Source of the DNA: Octopus sinensis
Lineage: Eukaryota
Direction: 5' to 3'
NCBI RefSeq assembly: GCF_006345805.1
Contig: NW_021833044.1
Location: forward strand, 1-64,000
DNA: 64,000 bases
Positions 49,820 through 62,779 of the stretch are shown piece by piece. The position numbers were made by a program, and so were the translations under genes. How positions within the stretch are numbered: position 1 is the first letter of the stretch; every line of letters starts with the position of its first letter. The notes under the pieces are model-generated. The model was not told where the DNA came from and ran no database searches. It saw nothing but the letters and a program-made list of their open reading frames with translations.

Positions 49820-50889
49820 GACGCAAGAAAATTAATACAAATAGCCACGAAACACGAATAATACAAAATAAAAAACTGTTTTCAGTCTTTAAGGAAGCTG
49901 GCAAATACAAAAAAGGAGTCGTGGTACCTAACAACTATGAAGAAAAAGAAGAAACAACAAAAGCTGTAAAACAACTGAAATCCAAACTAAAACTGGAACA
50001 ACAACAGATCATGGTAAAACGATGGCAAGAAAAGCCCCTTCATGGCAAATACTGTGTTAAACTAAACGCAAAAGAAATAGACAAAGCAAAATCCCAACAA
50101 TGGCTGAGAAGCTCAGGACTCAAAGCAGAGACTGAAGGATTTTTAATTGCAGCATAAGAACAAAACCTTCCCACTAGAAATTACCAAAAACATATCATGA
50201 AAAGAAACATAACAAGTAGCTGTAGACCATGTGGAGATGGACAAGAAATAATAAACCATACTGTCACAAGCTGCCCAGTCCTGGGTAAGAAGGAATATAT
50301 TCCCTGACAAGACATCGTTTGGGATTTATGTACACTGGAAACTATGCCAACACCATGGGACAACTACAGAAAAAAGATGGTATAGTCACACGCTAGGAAA
50401 GGTCACAGAAAATGAGAAATCAACCATACAATGGAATATGCCAATACACACAGATAGAGAAATTAAGGCCAATAGGTCGTATATAGCTGTTAGTGATGAC
50501 CAAGAAAAAAGAAAAGGTTTCTAATCGGTGCATCAATACCACCAGATAACAAGGTTTCTTTAAAAGAAACGGAGAAACTGTCAAAATGCAAAGACCTAGA
50601 AATAGAGGTAACTCGAATGTGGAGTCTAAAAACAGAAACACTTCCTATCATAGTAGGTGCATTAGTTATGATAAAAAATATTCAGACAAATACGTAACAA
50701 AAACACCAGGACTAACAAGTATATATAACATACAGAAAATAGCACTATTAGGCACCGCAGACATCCTGCGTAAAATACTTTCAATACAGTATCAATAAGA
50801 GCATCACCAGAAACCACAGCACATACCGAAGACACACAGAGCTGCCCTAGGTAGTGCAGTGAAAGCACGTGATTAAAATAAGATTACTG
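49820..50889 (+). mobile_element. 5'-truncated R4/Dong-like retrotransposon (restriction-like endonuclease type), decayed
   Basis: KPLHGKY...LKAETEGFLIAA; knuckle CRPCG...INHTVTSCP; HWKLC; TDREIKANR; KETEKLSKCKDL; KIALLGTADILRK; 3' UTR then (AAT)n. Confidence 0.88.
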
Positions 50890-50929
50890 AATAATAATAA
50901 TAATAGTAGTAGTAATAATAATAATAATA

Positions 50930-50969
50930 CCCCAGTGTCACTTTGATGGCATGCACTGATCTCTCACTC
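50930..50969 (+). mobile_element. 40-bp solo 3' terminus of the element at 51408-51966
   Basis: CCAGTGTCACTTTGATGGCATGCACTGATCTCTCACTC, embedded in (AAT)n on both sides. Confidence 0.75.
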
Positions 50970-51009
<40 letters not shown>

Positions 51010-51030
51010 TAATAATAATAATAATAATAA

Positions 51031-51396
51031 TCCCTCTATATATAAACGGCAAAATGTCTATGTGTGTGTCCTTTATACAAATCTACAATTTTTCCGTTAG
51101 AGGGCTCACACTTTCTATGGTCATTCAAAACCATCCAAGAGTGGTCCTGCACATCTCTACATTTCCTCAGGCACCCCACAAAGCCATTAAAAAAATCAAT
51201 AGAAGTGACTTTTTTTATGAATTTTCTATCCAAACCCCAACCAAAATGCCCGAAACTTGATACGCCAATTGAATGCCAGCTAGCTGTATGTGATTGGTCG
51301 AAGATTTGGACAGAACTCGCGTGTATGTGCGCATGCACGCAGCTGTATATGCATGCACAAGAAGTGTGACCCGGCGTTGCCGGTTCATAGTGCTAG
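51031..51396 (+). mobile_element. Non-autonomous Helitron, 366 bp
   Basis: 5' TC (TCCCTCTATATATAAA), subterminal hairpin CCGGC-GTT-GCCGG, 3' CTAG, inserted between A (51030) and T (51397) without a TSD. Confidence 0.85.
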
Positions 51397-51407
51397 TAAT
51401 AATAATA

Positions 51408-51966
51408 AGTGCGTTGATGCAGTATCAGGCAGTGGCTTTTATGGCTTTTCATCTTCACTAATTGGAAGTGTTATCGTGTACATTGTTTTGTCTTGGTTTA
51501 AAAGATGTTTTACAGCAAATATTCTGCTCTATAGCACAGATTTACTTGTCAGTTGTTTGACCTTCACCAGTTGAGCATCTCCCTTTGTCGCTGACGATAT
51601 GTGCATCTCTGACCATGAGCAGAATTAGTGGGGGAATAACATAGCCATGTGTTGAGAGGAATTCTTTGGGGTCTGGATATTTCACATTTGGAAATATGAA
51701 TGTTTCGTTGAACATCGTTAAACAACCTTTATTCAAAGATCTTTTGAGCGGTATGGGCTACTCAATCAGAAAAACAATTCTAACAGTGCCCCATCTGTAA
51801 GGTCATGCACTGTTCATCGTGATATGAGATCATAATGTCACGCACATATGGTTGTGATGCATGTGCCTGGTGTACCCTTATCAGATGTGTAGTGGTGATA
51901 GGTATACTGTACTTCATATATTTGTACACCAGTGTCGCTTTAATGGCATACACTGATCTCTCACTC
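51408..51966 (+). mobile_element. Unclassified non-coding retroposon ending in a hairpin motif plus (AAT)n
   Basis: Flanked by (AAT)n; 3' end CAGTGTCGCTTTAATGGCATACACTGATCTCTCACTC shared with 50930 and 54557; no recognisable protein. Confidence 0.6.
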
Positions 51967-52060
51967 AATAATAATAAAAATAATAATAATAGTAATAATA
52001 ATAATAATAATGATGATGATAACGATGATAATAATAATAACAATAATAATAATAATAATA

Positions 52061-52604
52061 ATATGGAACTTCATCATTCAAACTGACAGAAAGATAGACG
52101 CGAATAGGCCAGACATCATTGTCAAAGACTTCAGACAAAAACATGCCTCCTCATTGATATGACTGTCCCAATCGATATAAACGTATCTGTCAAGACCTAC
52201 CAGAAACTGAGCAAATATAAAGATCTGGAAATAGAAATCAGCAAAATGTGGAACCTGAAGACTAAAACAATACATGTTGTCATAGGTGCCCTGGGAATGA
52301 TAGCAAAAGGGGCTGATTACAACCTAACTCTGATACCAGGAAACCCCAAAATGGCAGAAATTCAAAAGATAGTGCTCATGGGAACTGTTCATATCCTACG
52401 CAAACTACTTTCTTTGTAATCTCAACTTTTAAAACAAACATAAGTTTCGTATGGTTTTTTAGGCATTCACTAGTACAACACTAAGTACAAAACCAAATAT
52501 ATGGCACCCTAGGCATAACACCAACATGGACTTCCAACTTGTTGTCCCTTGAGGTCTCTGGGTGAGACTTGGAGCCAGCTTGTACAAATGCAAAGCAAAA
52601 GTAG
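52061..52604 (+). mobile_element. Second R4/Dong-like 3' fragment (different subfamily)
   Basis: WNFIIQTDRKIDANRPDIIVKD...LIDMTVPID...KLSKYKDLEIEISKMW...VVIGALG...LMGTVHILRK; (AAT)n on both sides. Confidence 0.9.
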
Positions 52605-52639
52605 AATAATAATACCAATAATAATAATAATAATAATAA

Positions 52640-52855
52640 TAATAGTTTCTAATTATGCCAAACGGACAGCAATTTTAGGGGAGGGGATGTACCAATTATA
52701 TCGACCCCAGTGTTCAACCTGTGTTTAATTTATCCACGCCGAAAGGATGAAAGGCAAAGTCGACCTCGGTGGAATTTGAACTCAGACCGTAATGACGGGC
52801 AATATACCGTTACGCGTTTTGTCCAACGTGCAAACGATTCTTCCAGCTCTCCTCC
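52640..52855 (-). mobile_element. S2 SINE
   Basis: ccgaaaggatgaaaggcaaagtcgacctcggtggaatttgaactcag...aacgattcttccagctc. Confidence 0.8.
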
Positions 52856-53369
52856 ATGGATAATAGCAATAAGAGGTGGCAGTTAAAGAAGGAGAAAAAC
52901 AAACGAGGGGAAATGGCAGAATAATGGTACCAAGTTTAGTATTAATAGCGCTCATAATACCAATAAAATAGAAACAATAAACGCGAAGATCATTCCTAGC
53001 TACTTGTCTAATTACTAAAGGAACATCTCTTGTAGACTCTATAGGAGACAGCTATAAACTAGCACCAAGAATAACATCAGCGCACACAGTGGTGCAAGAG
53101 GAACTCTTTCATAAATAGATACACCGCTACACGTGAAAGTACATACTCATAGCGTAAGAGACGCTAGTTCCTCCACCCACAGACACATGCACACACACAA
53201 ACACGGACACATATGAAATCTTAATTAATTTAGTAATGAGCATTCTTTTTCCCGATACACACACACACACACAGATAAATGTAAATATACATAAATATAT
53301 ATAAATATATATCAGTGTATGAACAGGGATGTACATATACATATACGTGTATATATGCGTATATGTATG

Positions 53370-53420
<51 letters not shown>

Positions 53421-53734
53421 GTTTATATGTATGTATATATACGTGAATGTGTGCGTGTGTGCCTGTGTGTATGTATGTGTATACGTGTCTGTGTGTGTAT
53501 GTGTGTGTATAATCAGCGAGAGGAAATGGTTGTCAGACAGAGGCGCGGGCGTTGACTGCGAAGACTATGAAAGTCAACAAGAACATACTTGCATACATAC
53601 TGGAGCCTGGACAATTCCTCGGAAAGAATTACGGCAATATATCACAAATTCTGAACCTATTTATAAGCCTCTTCTATTGTAATGGCGTTGTTAATTTGCC
53701 CTAAACATACATTTAATTGTTATAACTGTTCTTG

Positions 53735-53768
<34 letters not shown>

Positions 53769-53975
53769 TATTGCTTCTTTTTGTATGCTATTTATAATCA
53801 ATATAGGTGTCATTCTTGTTTTTTTTAAATTTTTCTACAATTTGTTTAATATTAAGTCGATGGTAAACGCGTGTTTTAAATGTCAACTTAGGTTTCTGAT
53901 AATTAATTTTCCAATGCTGTTTAATTAGCAAACGTGAGGAACGTCTCTTGCATACACTTACAATTTCTGTTAAAT

Positions 53976-54010
<35 letters not shown>

Positions 54011-54334
54011 TACACACGCACACTCACACACACACATATACACTCACACACACACGCACGCACACACACACATGGAAAGTATATTTAACTTTCTAACTCT
54101 CGCTTTCCTTCAATGTGTGTACATAGAGACATACAAACACATGGTCACAAATGCGCACACAAACACACACACACACATACACACACAGAGGCACTCACAC
54201 ACATACACGCGTTAACAAGACTCTTAAACTAGCCTTACAGCCTTCAAATGACGCCACCCCGAGCAGGCCAACAGATGAGAGAAAGATGCGGCTAAAAGTA
54301 CAACAGGGATCGCCACCACCCGCTGCCGGAGCCT

Positions 54335-54412
54335 ATTTCTGTTGTTATTCCATAGTGTTGGCATAGCTTCCAGTGTATATAGAGCCCAACACTGTCGTGT
54401 CTGTGAATATAT
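54335..54412 (-). mobile_element. Short R4/Dong-like fragment
   Basis: YIHRHDSVGLYIHWKLCQHYGITTE; nucleotide similarity to about 50297-50375. Confidence 0.8.
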
Positions 54413-54552
54413 TTCTTCTTCTTCTTCTTCTTCTTCTTCTTCTTCTTCTTCTTCTTCTTCTTCTTCTTCTTCTTCTTCTTCTTCTTCTTCTTCTTCTTCT
54501 TCTTCTTCTTCTTCTTCTTCTTCTTCTTCTTCTTCTTCTTCTCCTCCTCCTC
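54413..54552. repeat. (TTC)n microsatellite
   Basis: Direct; source of the poly-E, poly-K, poly-S and poly-L ORFs. Confidence 0.95.
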
Positions 54553-54589
54553 GAACGAGAGAGCAGTGCATGTCATCAAAGTGACACTG

Positions 54590-56270
54590 CGGTAAAATAT
54601 ACGACGCACAATGAATTCCCTTTTTGATGCCTGTGAATTCCGGAGTTGGGCGAAGTCGAAGCGTCGGCCAGGGATGTTTTCTGAGACCCGCTTGGTGGGC
54701 AGCGGATATTGATATCAATGCGAGAAATAAGAGGACGGTGATCCGTCCAGCGGTCATCTGCACCAGGCATGGAGCGGGTGATGCATACATCTCGTCTATC
54801 CCTGTATCGTGTCAGAACGTAGTCGAGGTCGTGACAGTGTTTAGTCCGTGGGTGTTTCCAGGATGTTTTTTGTCAGGTAGTGAAATGAAATAAGGGGTTG
54901 GTGATGGCGAGTTCATGCTCGTTGCAAAGTCCCAGAAGGGGCAGGCCATTGGCATAGCATTTCCCAATGTCGTGATGGCCAAGAATGCCATTCCACAGAC
55001 AATGGTCACTGCCGACTCTGCCGTTAAAGTGCTCCAACACGACGAGTTTGTCATGTGCGTGATCTGTCTGGATGGTGCTGTCCAGCATGAATGAAGCCTT
55101 GACGTCGTCATCAGATGTGAGGGTAGGGCTTACACAGAGATCAGCGTAAATAAATCTATCCCCAATGAGTGGGATCCGAACAGCCATCAGGCGCTCAATG
55201 ACAGCAGTTGGGACTTACTTGTACTTGTACTTGTGACGGCGTTCACCCAGGGCGGGTTGAGCCGGCTACTTCTGTTCCTAACGGCATCACGAACCATGGT
55301 GGTCCACCCTCGACCGTCCTGTGCGAGGTCACTGGGACGAATTAGCTGGGACAAATCTGTGTTGGTCCAGGAGTTGCGTTTTGATGGCAAGGCCAACACC
55401 ATGCGTGTTTCATTAGCATTCTTCCCCTTCGAAAATATGGTAATTTTGGAGCCAGCTTTTCTGATACTGCCTTCTCCCGGAAGCCTAGTCTCGCTCAAGG
55501 CTGCCCCATCCATGTTGAAGCGGTCAAGTAACTTACAGACGAGTGCTGTACATCACTCTGTTCGATTAATGTCACTCTTGTCCTGAAGTGTGCGGATGTT
55601 CCAGGCCACGAAAGTGAGAGGTTGTGAAACAGAGGATTTAGTAGAGTTCCGACCGCTAAGTGGGAGGTCTGCCAGCTGCGGTATGCTGGCCAGATCGAGT
55701 TGCCGTGTCCGATGTTTACACCACCTTTTCTAGGGGCTTCCCCTTCAAGGAAAATCCTAAAGAGGCCAGCCCAATCACGAGTCTAGCTGCCGAACTCCAA
55801 TGTCACGGCTATTCATTGCAGAGCAACCATCTGAGATTCGCCGCCAATGTGTGGTCACTTTCTAGACCTGCCTCTGGTGCCCACGGTGCCATCAACATTG
55901 AGCTTTTTGAAACAGATTAGAAAGACGAAGCCATTCGCTGAGCAAATTTCTTGAGGTGATCATGACTGCGCGACTGCCACGCGCACGCATTTGGCCAGGA
56001 ACGTCTTCACTGCGGCTCAAGAATTGAGATGTGCAGCCTTGATGAGGCCTTTGCGACGACTACCCGAAACGTGTTGCCCTCTTACGCTGGAGTCAATACT
56101 TGGTGGCTTGAGTTAGCGCTCCTCCACTTGCTCCGCCTTTGGGGTCTTCATGCTGGAGTTTGATCGTGTTTAATCTGGAACCTCATCCTCGACCTTGCTG
56201 CCTTCGTCGTCCCTACCTGGAGTTTAAGACTCCAGACGGTATTGCTATCAGAATCATTGACACACACAAG
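54590..56270 (-). mobile_element. RTE-clade LINE 5' part (5' UTR plus AP endonuclease), decayed and 3'-truncated
   Basis: LTFVAWNIRTL; AALSETRLPGEG; GVGLAIK (shifted frame); ERLMAVRIPL; FNGRVG; NGLPLLGLCNEHELAITN; DLDYVL; DHRPLIS. The 5' boundary is approximate. Confidence 0.85.
55215..55346 (-). mobile_element. 132-bp 3' end of a retroposon inserted in the RTE endonuclease
   Basis: Interrupts HRFVP-TAVIERL; (CAAGTA)n tail; 6-bp target duplication TGGGAC at 55209-55214 and 55347-55352; encodes LAQDGRGWTTMV, like RTE-type C-termini. Confidence 0.8.
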
Positions 56271-56308
56271 CCCTTCCACCAAGACAAGGGACGACCATCG
56301 GAAAAGAC

Positions 56309-56352
<44 letters not shown>

Positions 56353-56439
56353 GCATATACATACATATATACATATCTACATATATATACTTAATTATTT
56401 GACTATGTGTAAACGTGTATATATGTATATATAATATAT

Positions 56440-56494
<55 letters not shown>

Positions 56495-57244
56495 CATATA
56501 CAATGTATATTTAATTATTTGACTCTATGTACGCGTATATATATATATATATATAATACACATCCAGACACACCACAGACATGTACAAACACATACATAT
56601 TGCTAAATGACAAGGAGTAGTCGAGAGAGATGACAACGTAGATTTCGTTTAAATAAATGTCTATTGTTCACACAGCACAGCTTCACTCACAACACCTACA
56701 CAAAATAATGCTTAAGCACACATGCAAGAATACAGAATGTGTGCATATATATATTATTCTTCCTAAATCTCTGTGTATATACTATAGCAATGAGGAGGAG
56801 AAGGGAGTTAATGATTTGAATATATTTGATGCAACGTATTATATTTTCATTTTGATGCTTGAAAGTATTTATTGAAAATCTAAAAACTATGTCTACAAAT
56901 GACCATATCATTATAATGGCATTTTCTATATGATTGATTTGGGATGGTCACTTGGGAAGAGATGGACAAGTATTGTTCAGAGGTCTAGTCTATAACTTTT
57001 GTTTTGCTACTATACTGTACGACCACCTTCACCAACTCTAACAACAACAGCAATTCAATATAATTTCTGCTCTCAGTTCCCTATCATCTCTAACTGTATT
57101 GTTTTATGTAGCAATATGTTATATATTTTCATATCTACCTGTATATGACGTCTCTAGGGCTTTGATGGAAAATTTGAAGTGATTATATTTGAGATGAGGT
57201 TTTCTTTTATAATAGTGGTTTCAAATTTTGCCACAAGACGAGCA

Positions 57245-57405
57245 ATTTTGGGAAATATTAAGTCTAAAATGTTGACTCCAGTAATCGACTGGTACTTATT
57301 TTATCGACCTCGAAACGATGAAAGGCAAAGTCAACCTCGGCGGAATTTGAACTCAGAACGTAGCATTTCGTCCAGTGTGCTAACGATTCTATTAGCTCAC
57401 CACCT
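57245..57405 (-). mobile_element. Degenerate S2 SINE
   Basis: ctggtacttattttatcgacc...gatgaaaggcaaagtcaacctcggcggaatttgaactcagaacgt...gtgctaacgattct. Confidence 0.8.
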
Positions 57406-57719
57406 TTTCTTTTATAAAAGTATGAAAGAAATATTTCTCTTCATGCTTTAAACAGTAGCTGAATAATGGCGAGATTCTTTAATTTATCTGAATCCTTCGT
57501 GAACAAAGAACTTAAATTTCAGATGGCAAGCACCCTTAAAAACGGTTTGATGCAATATACGAGTGGGCTGACGATAATAATATGTAGTTTAATGCTTGAA
57601 AATTCCAACACTATACTTTTATCAAAATTAAATGCAATGCAGATTAAATATATTGGGTGTGGAAAGATTACAGTTCTAGAATCACAGCTAGTTTTTGACC
57701 TAGGCATTGACATGAGTAG

Positions 57720-58243
57720 TGTGTAGTGGAACTCGAAGCAATCCATAAAGAGCGTATGCTGCATGTAGCAAATTAGCTACTCTGAAAGACTCAAGACTGT
57801 GGTCCCTGGAACGAGGCGCGAAAGGCATGCTGCAGTACACACCAGGAAGATCCTGGAAGGACTTCTCTCAAACTATAGTGTTGAAAGTAAAACAAAAATA
57901 GGGACAATGTGCTAGGGCATAGTGCGTAAAATCTCAAATCTGTGGTCACAATACATGGCCAAATATTGCAATAGCTTAGGATTCAAGGCCCCACAACTCG
58001 TAAATGTCCCTCTTAAGAAGCTGACAGACTTCCATGCTGTGGATGTAAAAGTCTTCAAAATTAAACTGGATCTCCCTGAAGAGTCCTAGTTGAATGACAT
58101 GGAACGGAAGTGGGGAAATTGCATCAAATTTCATCATTCAACAAATACTAAGTACTAAAGGAGGACCAATGAAAGTGTAGTAACATCGGTTAGCGGTGCC
58201 CCAGCAGGGCCACAGTCCTCAACCTGTATCTAGTAAAAGAGTA
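57720..58243 (+). mobile_element. CR1/L2-group LINE 3' fragment, decayed
   Basis: ELEAI...SYSERLK...SLERRRER...KILEGL...KYCNSLGFKAPQL...DVKVFKIKLD across frameshifts; 3' tail shared with S1 SINEs. Confidence 0.78.
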
Positions 58244-58600
58244 ACAAATAAGATGTGGCATAATATCAATACTAATGATATAATCAGCTGCTACTGTCAT
58301 GATTTCCCCTGGTGTTTGCTAACACCAACTGCAGCTCATAATGCTTCAGTGAAAACAACTTGACTTTTCAATTTAACTGGCGATGGTACATATTTTGGTT
58401 ATTAGCAGCGCTTCGACAATAATTTAATTAACTAGTTTCTGAAATGTATTACTAATATAATGGATATTATTTCATTCAAACACCAATCACCCGATATGTT
58501 ACTCCAAATGACATACCTTGAATAAGTTGGCGAAAATAAAAAAAAAAGATATTTTGTAAACCTTTCTCTCACTTGAAGTATCCAATATATATATATATAT

Positions 58601-58830
58601 GGCAGTGGGATAAGTAGCTTGCTTACCACACGCATGATTTCCGGTGCAGTCCCACTGCGTGGCACCTTGGGCCAGTGTATTCTACTATAGCCTCGGACGG
58701 ACCAAAACCTTGTCAGTGGATTTGGTGAAGAGAAACTGCTGGTCTTCCATAAGCAACTTTGCCCAGACTTGTGCCTCGTAGAGTAGCTTTTTAGGTGCAA
58801 TCCTATAGTCATTTATGACCGAAGGGAGCC
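58601..58830 (+). mobile_element. Chimeric SINE: S1 5' half joined to S3 3' tail
   Basis: 58601-58738 matches S1; 58739-58830 matches the sense strand of 44373-44455. Confidence 0.75.
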
Positions 58831-59517
58831 ACAAGAAACAATACCAAAAATTAAATACATTTATTTTTTTTTATATAGGACCTGGAGATAACGTGTCGTT
58901 GATTATATTCTTCAAACGATTTCTCAGTCTCCATTAATTCAAAAACTTTGGGAAGAGATCAGTGGCAACGAAGAATCTTTATTTTTTTCAAGTAGATTGT
59001 ATAACAAAAAGAATAATACTTTACAAGCCGTTTACTGACCATCGGTCCCAAACATTTAACCATAGACACCCAAGGTGTTAATACACGAGAATTTAATATA
59101 CCATAATATACAAATGATTTTTTTTCTAAAAAATAGGTAATATTTTTCAATAATAATATAAAAAAAAGAATAAAGGAAACTGGAAGAAAATACGACATAG
59201 ATGTCCCTTTTCTGAAGTTGCTGTAGAAGAAAAATGAAATTTTAAGATTAGTGTTTATCGGTTTGAATTGTGATATAGGTTTACATGAGAACGTGATTTG
59301 CAAAAAAATGTGCTAGTTCACTTAATATATCTAAAAATATGTGCTTGTGCGAGTCCATCTCTCCCTCTCTCTTTCTATATATATATACATGTGTGTGTGT
59401 GTGTGTGTGCGTGTGTATGCTTGTGTGCGTGTGTGCATGTGTGTGTGTGTATAATATATTTGTGTGCTTGTCCGCGTGTGCCTGTTTGTATATATGAATA
59501 CATGTATGCGTATATTA

Positions 59518-59568
<51 letters not shown>

Positions 59569-60450
59569 GGTGTTGTGTGTATCTGTGTATGTACTTTTAT
59601 ACTTTTATCCAATTATGCATATTTTAAGTACGTATGTGTGAATATGTACATATGTATACTTCTATAAAAATATATACATACATACATACACACACACAAG
59701 CATACACACACTTACACGGATATATATATATATATGTGTGTGTGTGTGTATGTATGTAAGTATATACATACCTATATAAGTAGACAGAGATTTAGAGAAA
59801 ATTAGATGGATAAACACATGAAAGATATAGATACATAAATCTATAAATGAATGCACACACACGCACTGATGCGCACAAGCACACATACACACAGACACAC
59901 ACACAAGCACACACACACACACACACATACGAATTAATCAATAATATATATAAGAAAAATTTATTAAACAAAATTTCGAAACAGTGGCTACAAAACATTC
60001 TTATTGCATTTTTTTTGTTTCCCTCTCAGCATAGTATAATTAAATACAATATAATTAGTTTAAATCTTACAACAACATCAACATCGACAACAAAATTAAC
60101 GAAAATTTACCACTAAGTGTCAGGAACCAAGGAATTCAAATATAAAAAAATTTGTTAAATAAACCAAACACAATAGAATTATGTAGATGGGCACATACAG
60201 TCTTTACAATGAAACATCCCGCTTGTACATATTATAAAATGAATTAAATGAAATTTAATTTTATAATAAGCAAATCTAGCACACAAAATAGTAGCGAAAA
60301 TATTAACAACAACAACATAAATACATGTACAAAGAAATGGATAATATAGTTATTAATGTTTATGTATACGTATGTGTGTGTATCTGTTTAAATATATTTA
60401 TGCATATATATATGTATGTGTGTATGTATAATATATATATTATCGCAAGA

Positions 60451-60493
<43 letters not shown>

Positions 60494-60520
60494 ATATAAT
60501 AAATATATATATACATATAT

Positions 60521-60566
<46 letters not shown>

Positions 60567-60999
60567 TATATATATATAGAGAGAGAGAGAGAGACAGAGA
60601 AATACGCATTTGAATATGCGCGTTATATAATAATATATGTATGTATATAATATATATAGATGTATGTTATATATATAATCTATATTATATATATATATTA
60701 TATATATATATACATAAGAGAAAAAAAGAAATCTGAAGATAGATACATAGATAGATATTATATATATATATATATGTATGTATGAATAAATAAATAAATA
60801 TATATATACATGATATCAATATATTTACATACATAAATCAATTATGCGCGTTTGCATGAGTATATATAAGAGCGTGCGTATCGGTATGCACCAAGTCATA
60901 TAGAAGAATCTATGCATGCAGAAACGCTGAAACGATGAATAATCAGAATTATGCAAAAACAAAAACAGAAACAGAAAATACAACCTAGTAAGTAACAAC

Positions 61000-61175
61000 A
61001 AGAACAACAACAACAGCCTAATAATAAAATAATAATAAAAAAATGATAATAATAATAATAAAATAATAATAATAATAATAATAATGATAATAATAATAAT
61101 ACAATAATAATAATATAATAATAATAAAATAATAATATAATAATAATAATAATAATATTAATAATAATAATAATG
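61000..61175. repeat. (AAT)n microsatellite
   Basis: Direct. Confidence 0.92.
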
Positions 61176-61427
61176 TATACTAAAATAATCACAAAATTGT
61201 AATTATACAAAACATATCACAACAAAATACATAGGCATGCATTTAATTAAGCGCAAAGAAATTAGAGAATGACAGCTAAAACATCATATATATATATAAG
61301 ATATATATATATGGTGTGTGTGTATGTATATATATATATTATATATAATATATATATATATGTATATAGATAGATAGATAGATAGCTAGCATACATATAT
61401 ATGTATACAAATGCGTGTGTGTATGTA

Positions 61428-61464
<37 letters not shown>

Positions 61465-61934
61465 CCATTCATATCATATGACGTATAAACAGACACAGTC
61501 ATAAACATAATACAATGATACAAATTGCTTGCACACGTTCATACATATAAGAATAATGTTTGCAAATATGACCCAAACCTAAACTCGCCAGTAGTTCACT
61601 GATGGATTGCTTTGGCAAAGAAAATATGATCACCATAACAAAGAAAAACAATAACAAAGAAACAAAAAACATCAAAATCGAGTCGGCATTTGTAAGTGAC
61701 ACTACAGGAGCTGAATGTAAATGAAGTAATATTAACTAGTCTCCCACCAGAATGATGTATCGGTGTGCTACGTACATAACACCACATATGGATGAGGCTA
61801 AACGTATGTAAGCACGTATTTGTGTGTGTATATATACGCATTTTAATGTATGCATTTTGTGGCATACACAGACACACACACACATATATATATATGTGTG
61901 TGTATGTATATATATATATGTGTGTGTGTGTGTG

Positions 61935-61981
<47 letters not shown>

Positions 61982-62148
61982 GTCTGTACATGTATGTATA
62001 AATGTATAATGTATGCACATGTAAATCTTGGATATAATACATAAACGGCAGTATTAAACCATTGTAACAACATTTGAAGATATGGAGATAAACTGGTAAG
62101 AATGGGAGAGAAAGCATGACATCTTTTGTGTGTGTGTTTATATACATA

Positions 62149-62222
<74 letters not shown>

Positions 62223-62373
62223 AACATATATATGTATAAGAGAACAAAATTTACGTATATATATATATATATGTATAAATACAAAATGGGACAAGAACGC
62301 CAAAACATGCAGAAGACGATACATGTATGTATATTTATATATATGTATATATATTATATATATAATTAAATAT

Positions 62374-62423
<50 letters not shown>

Positions 62424-62779
62424 TCATTCATGTATCTATACATGAATGTGCACATATATGCTATAGAGATTTACAAGGTTGATATGACTTCGAGATTTCG
62501 CTATTACTCACTGGACATTCAATAAAAGGTAGAAGTTGCTACATCTTCAGTATTTTATCCATTGTCGCCAAAATTTTGTAGTTGAATTCAGAGTCTTGAT
62601 TTCAGTCTAACATAGAATTTATACTCCCGTATTTTGCTTCTCATTCAGGTTGAATGTAGGAGTGCATCATTACTCTATACCAGTTCATCGCTTATTGGAA
62701 AATTACGTTTCGATATTAGTCCGGGAAAGAATCTCTTACGGACGTAATGTTTTTCTTCTTCATCATCATCATCATCGTC

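Noticed and set aside
56035-56085. TTGATGAG...CGAAAC hammerhead-like string in the RTE 5' UTR (antisense)
   Set aside because: Stem I does not pair and stem II has only two pairs.
61600-61697. Candidate exon MDCFGKENM...IESAF followed by GTAAGT
   Set aside because: Low-complexity A-rich sequence with no homology recognised.
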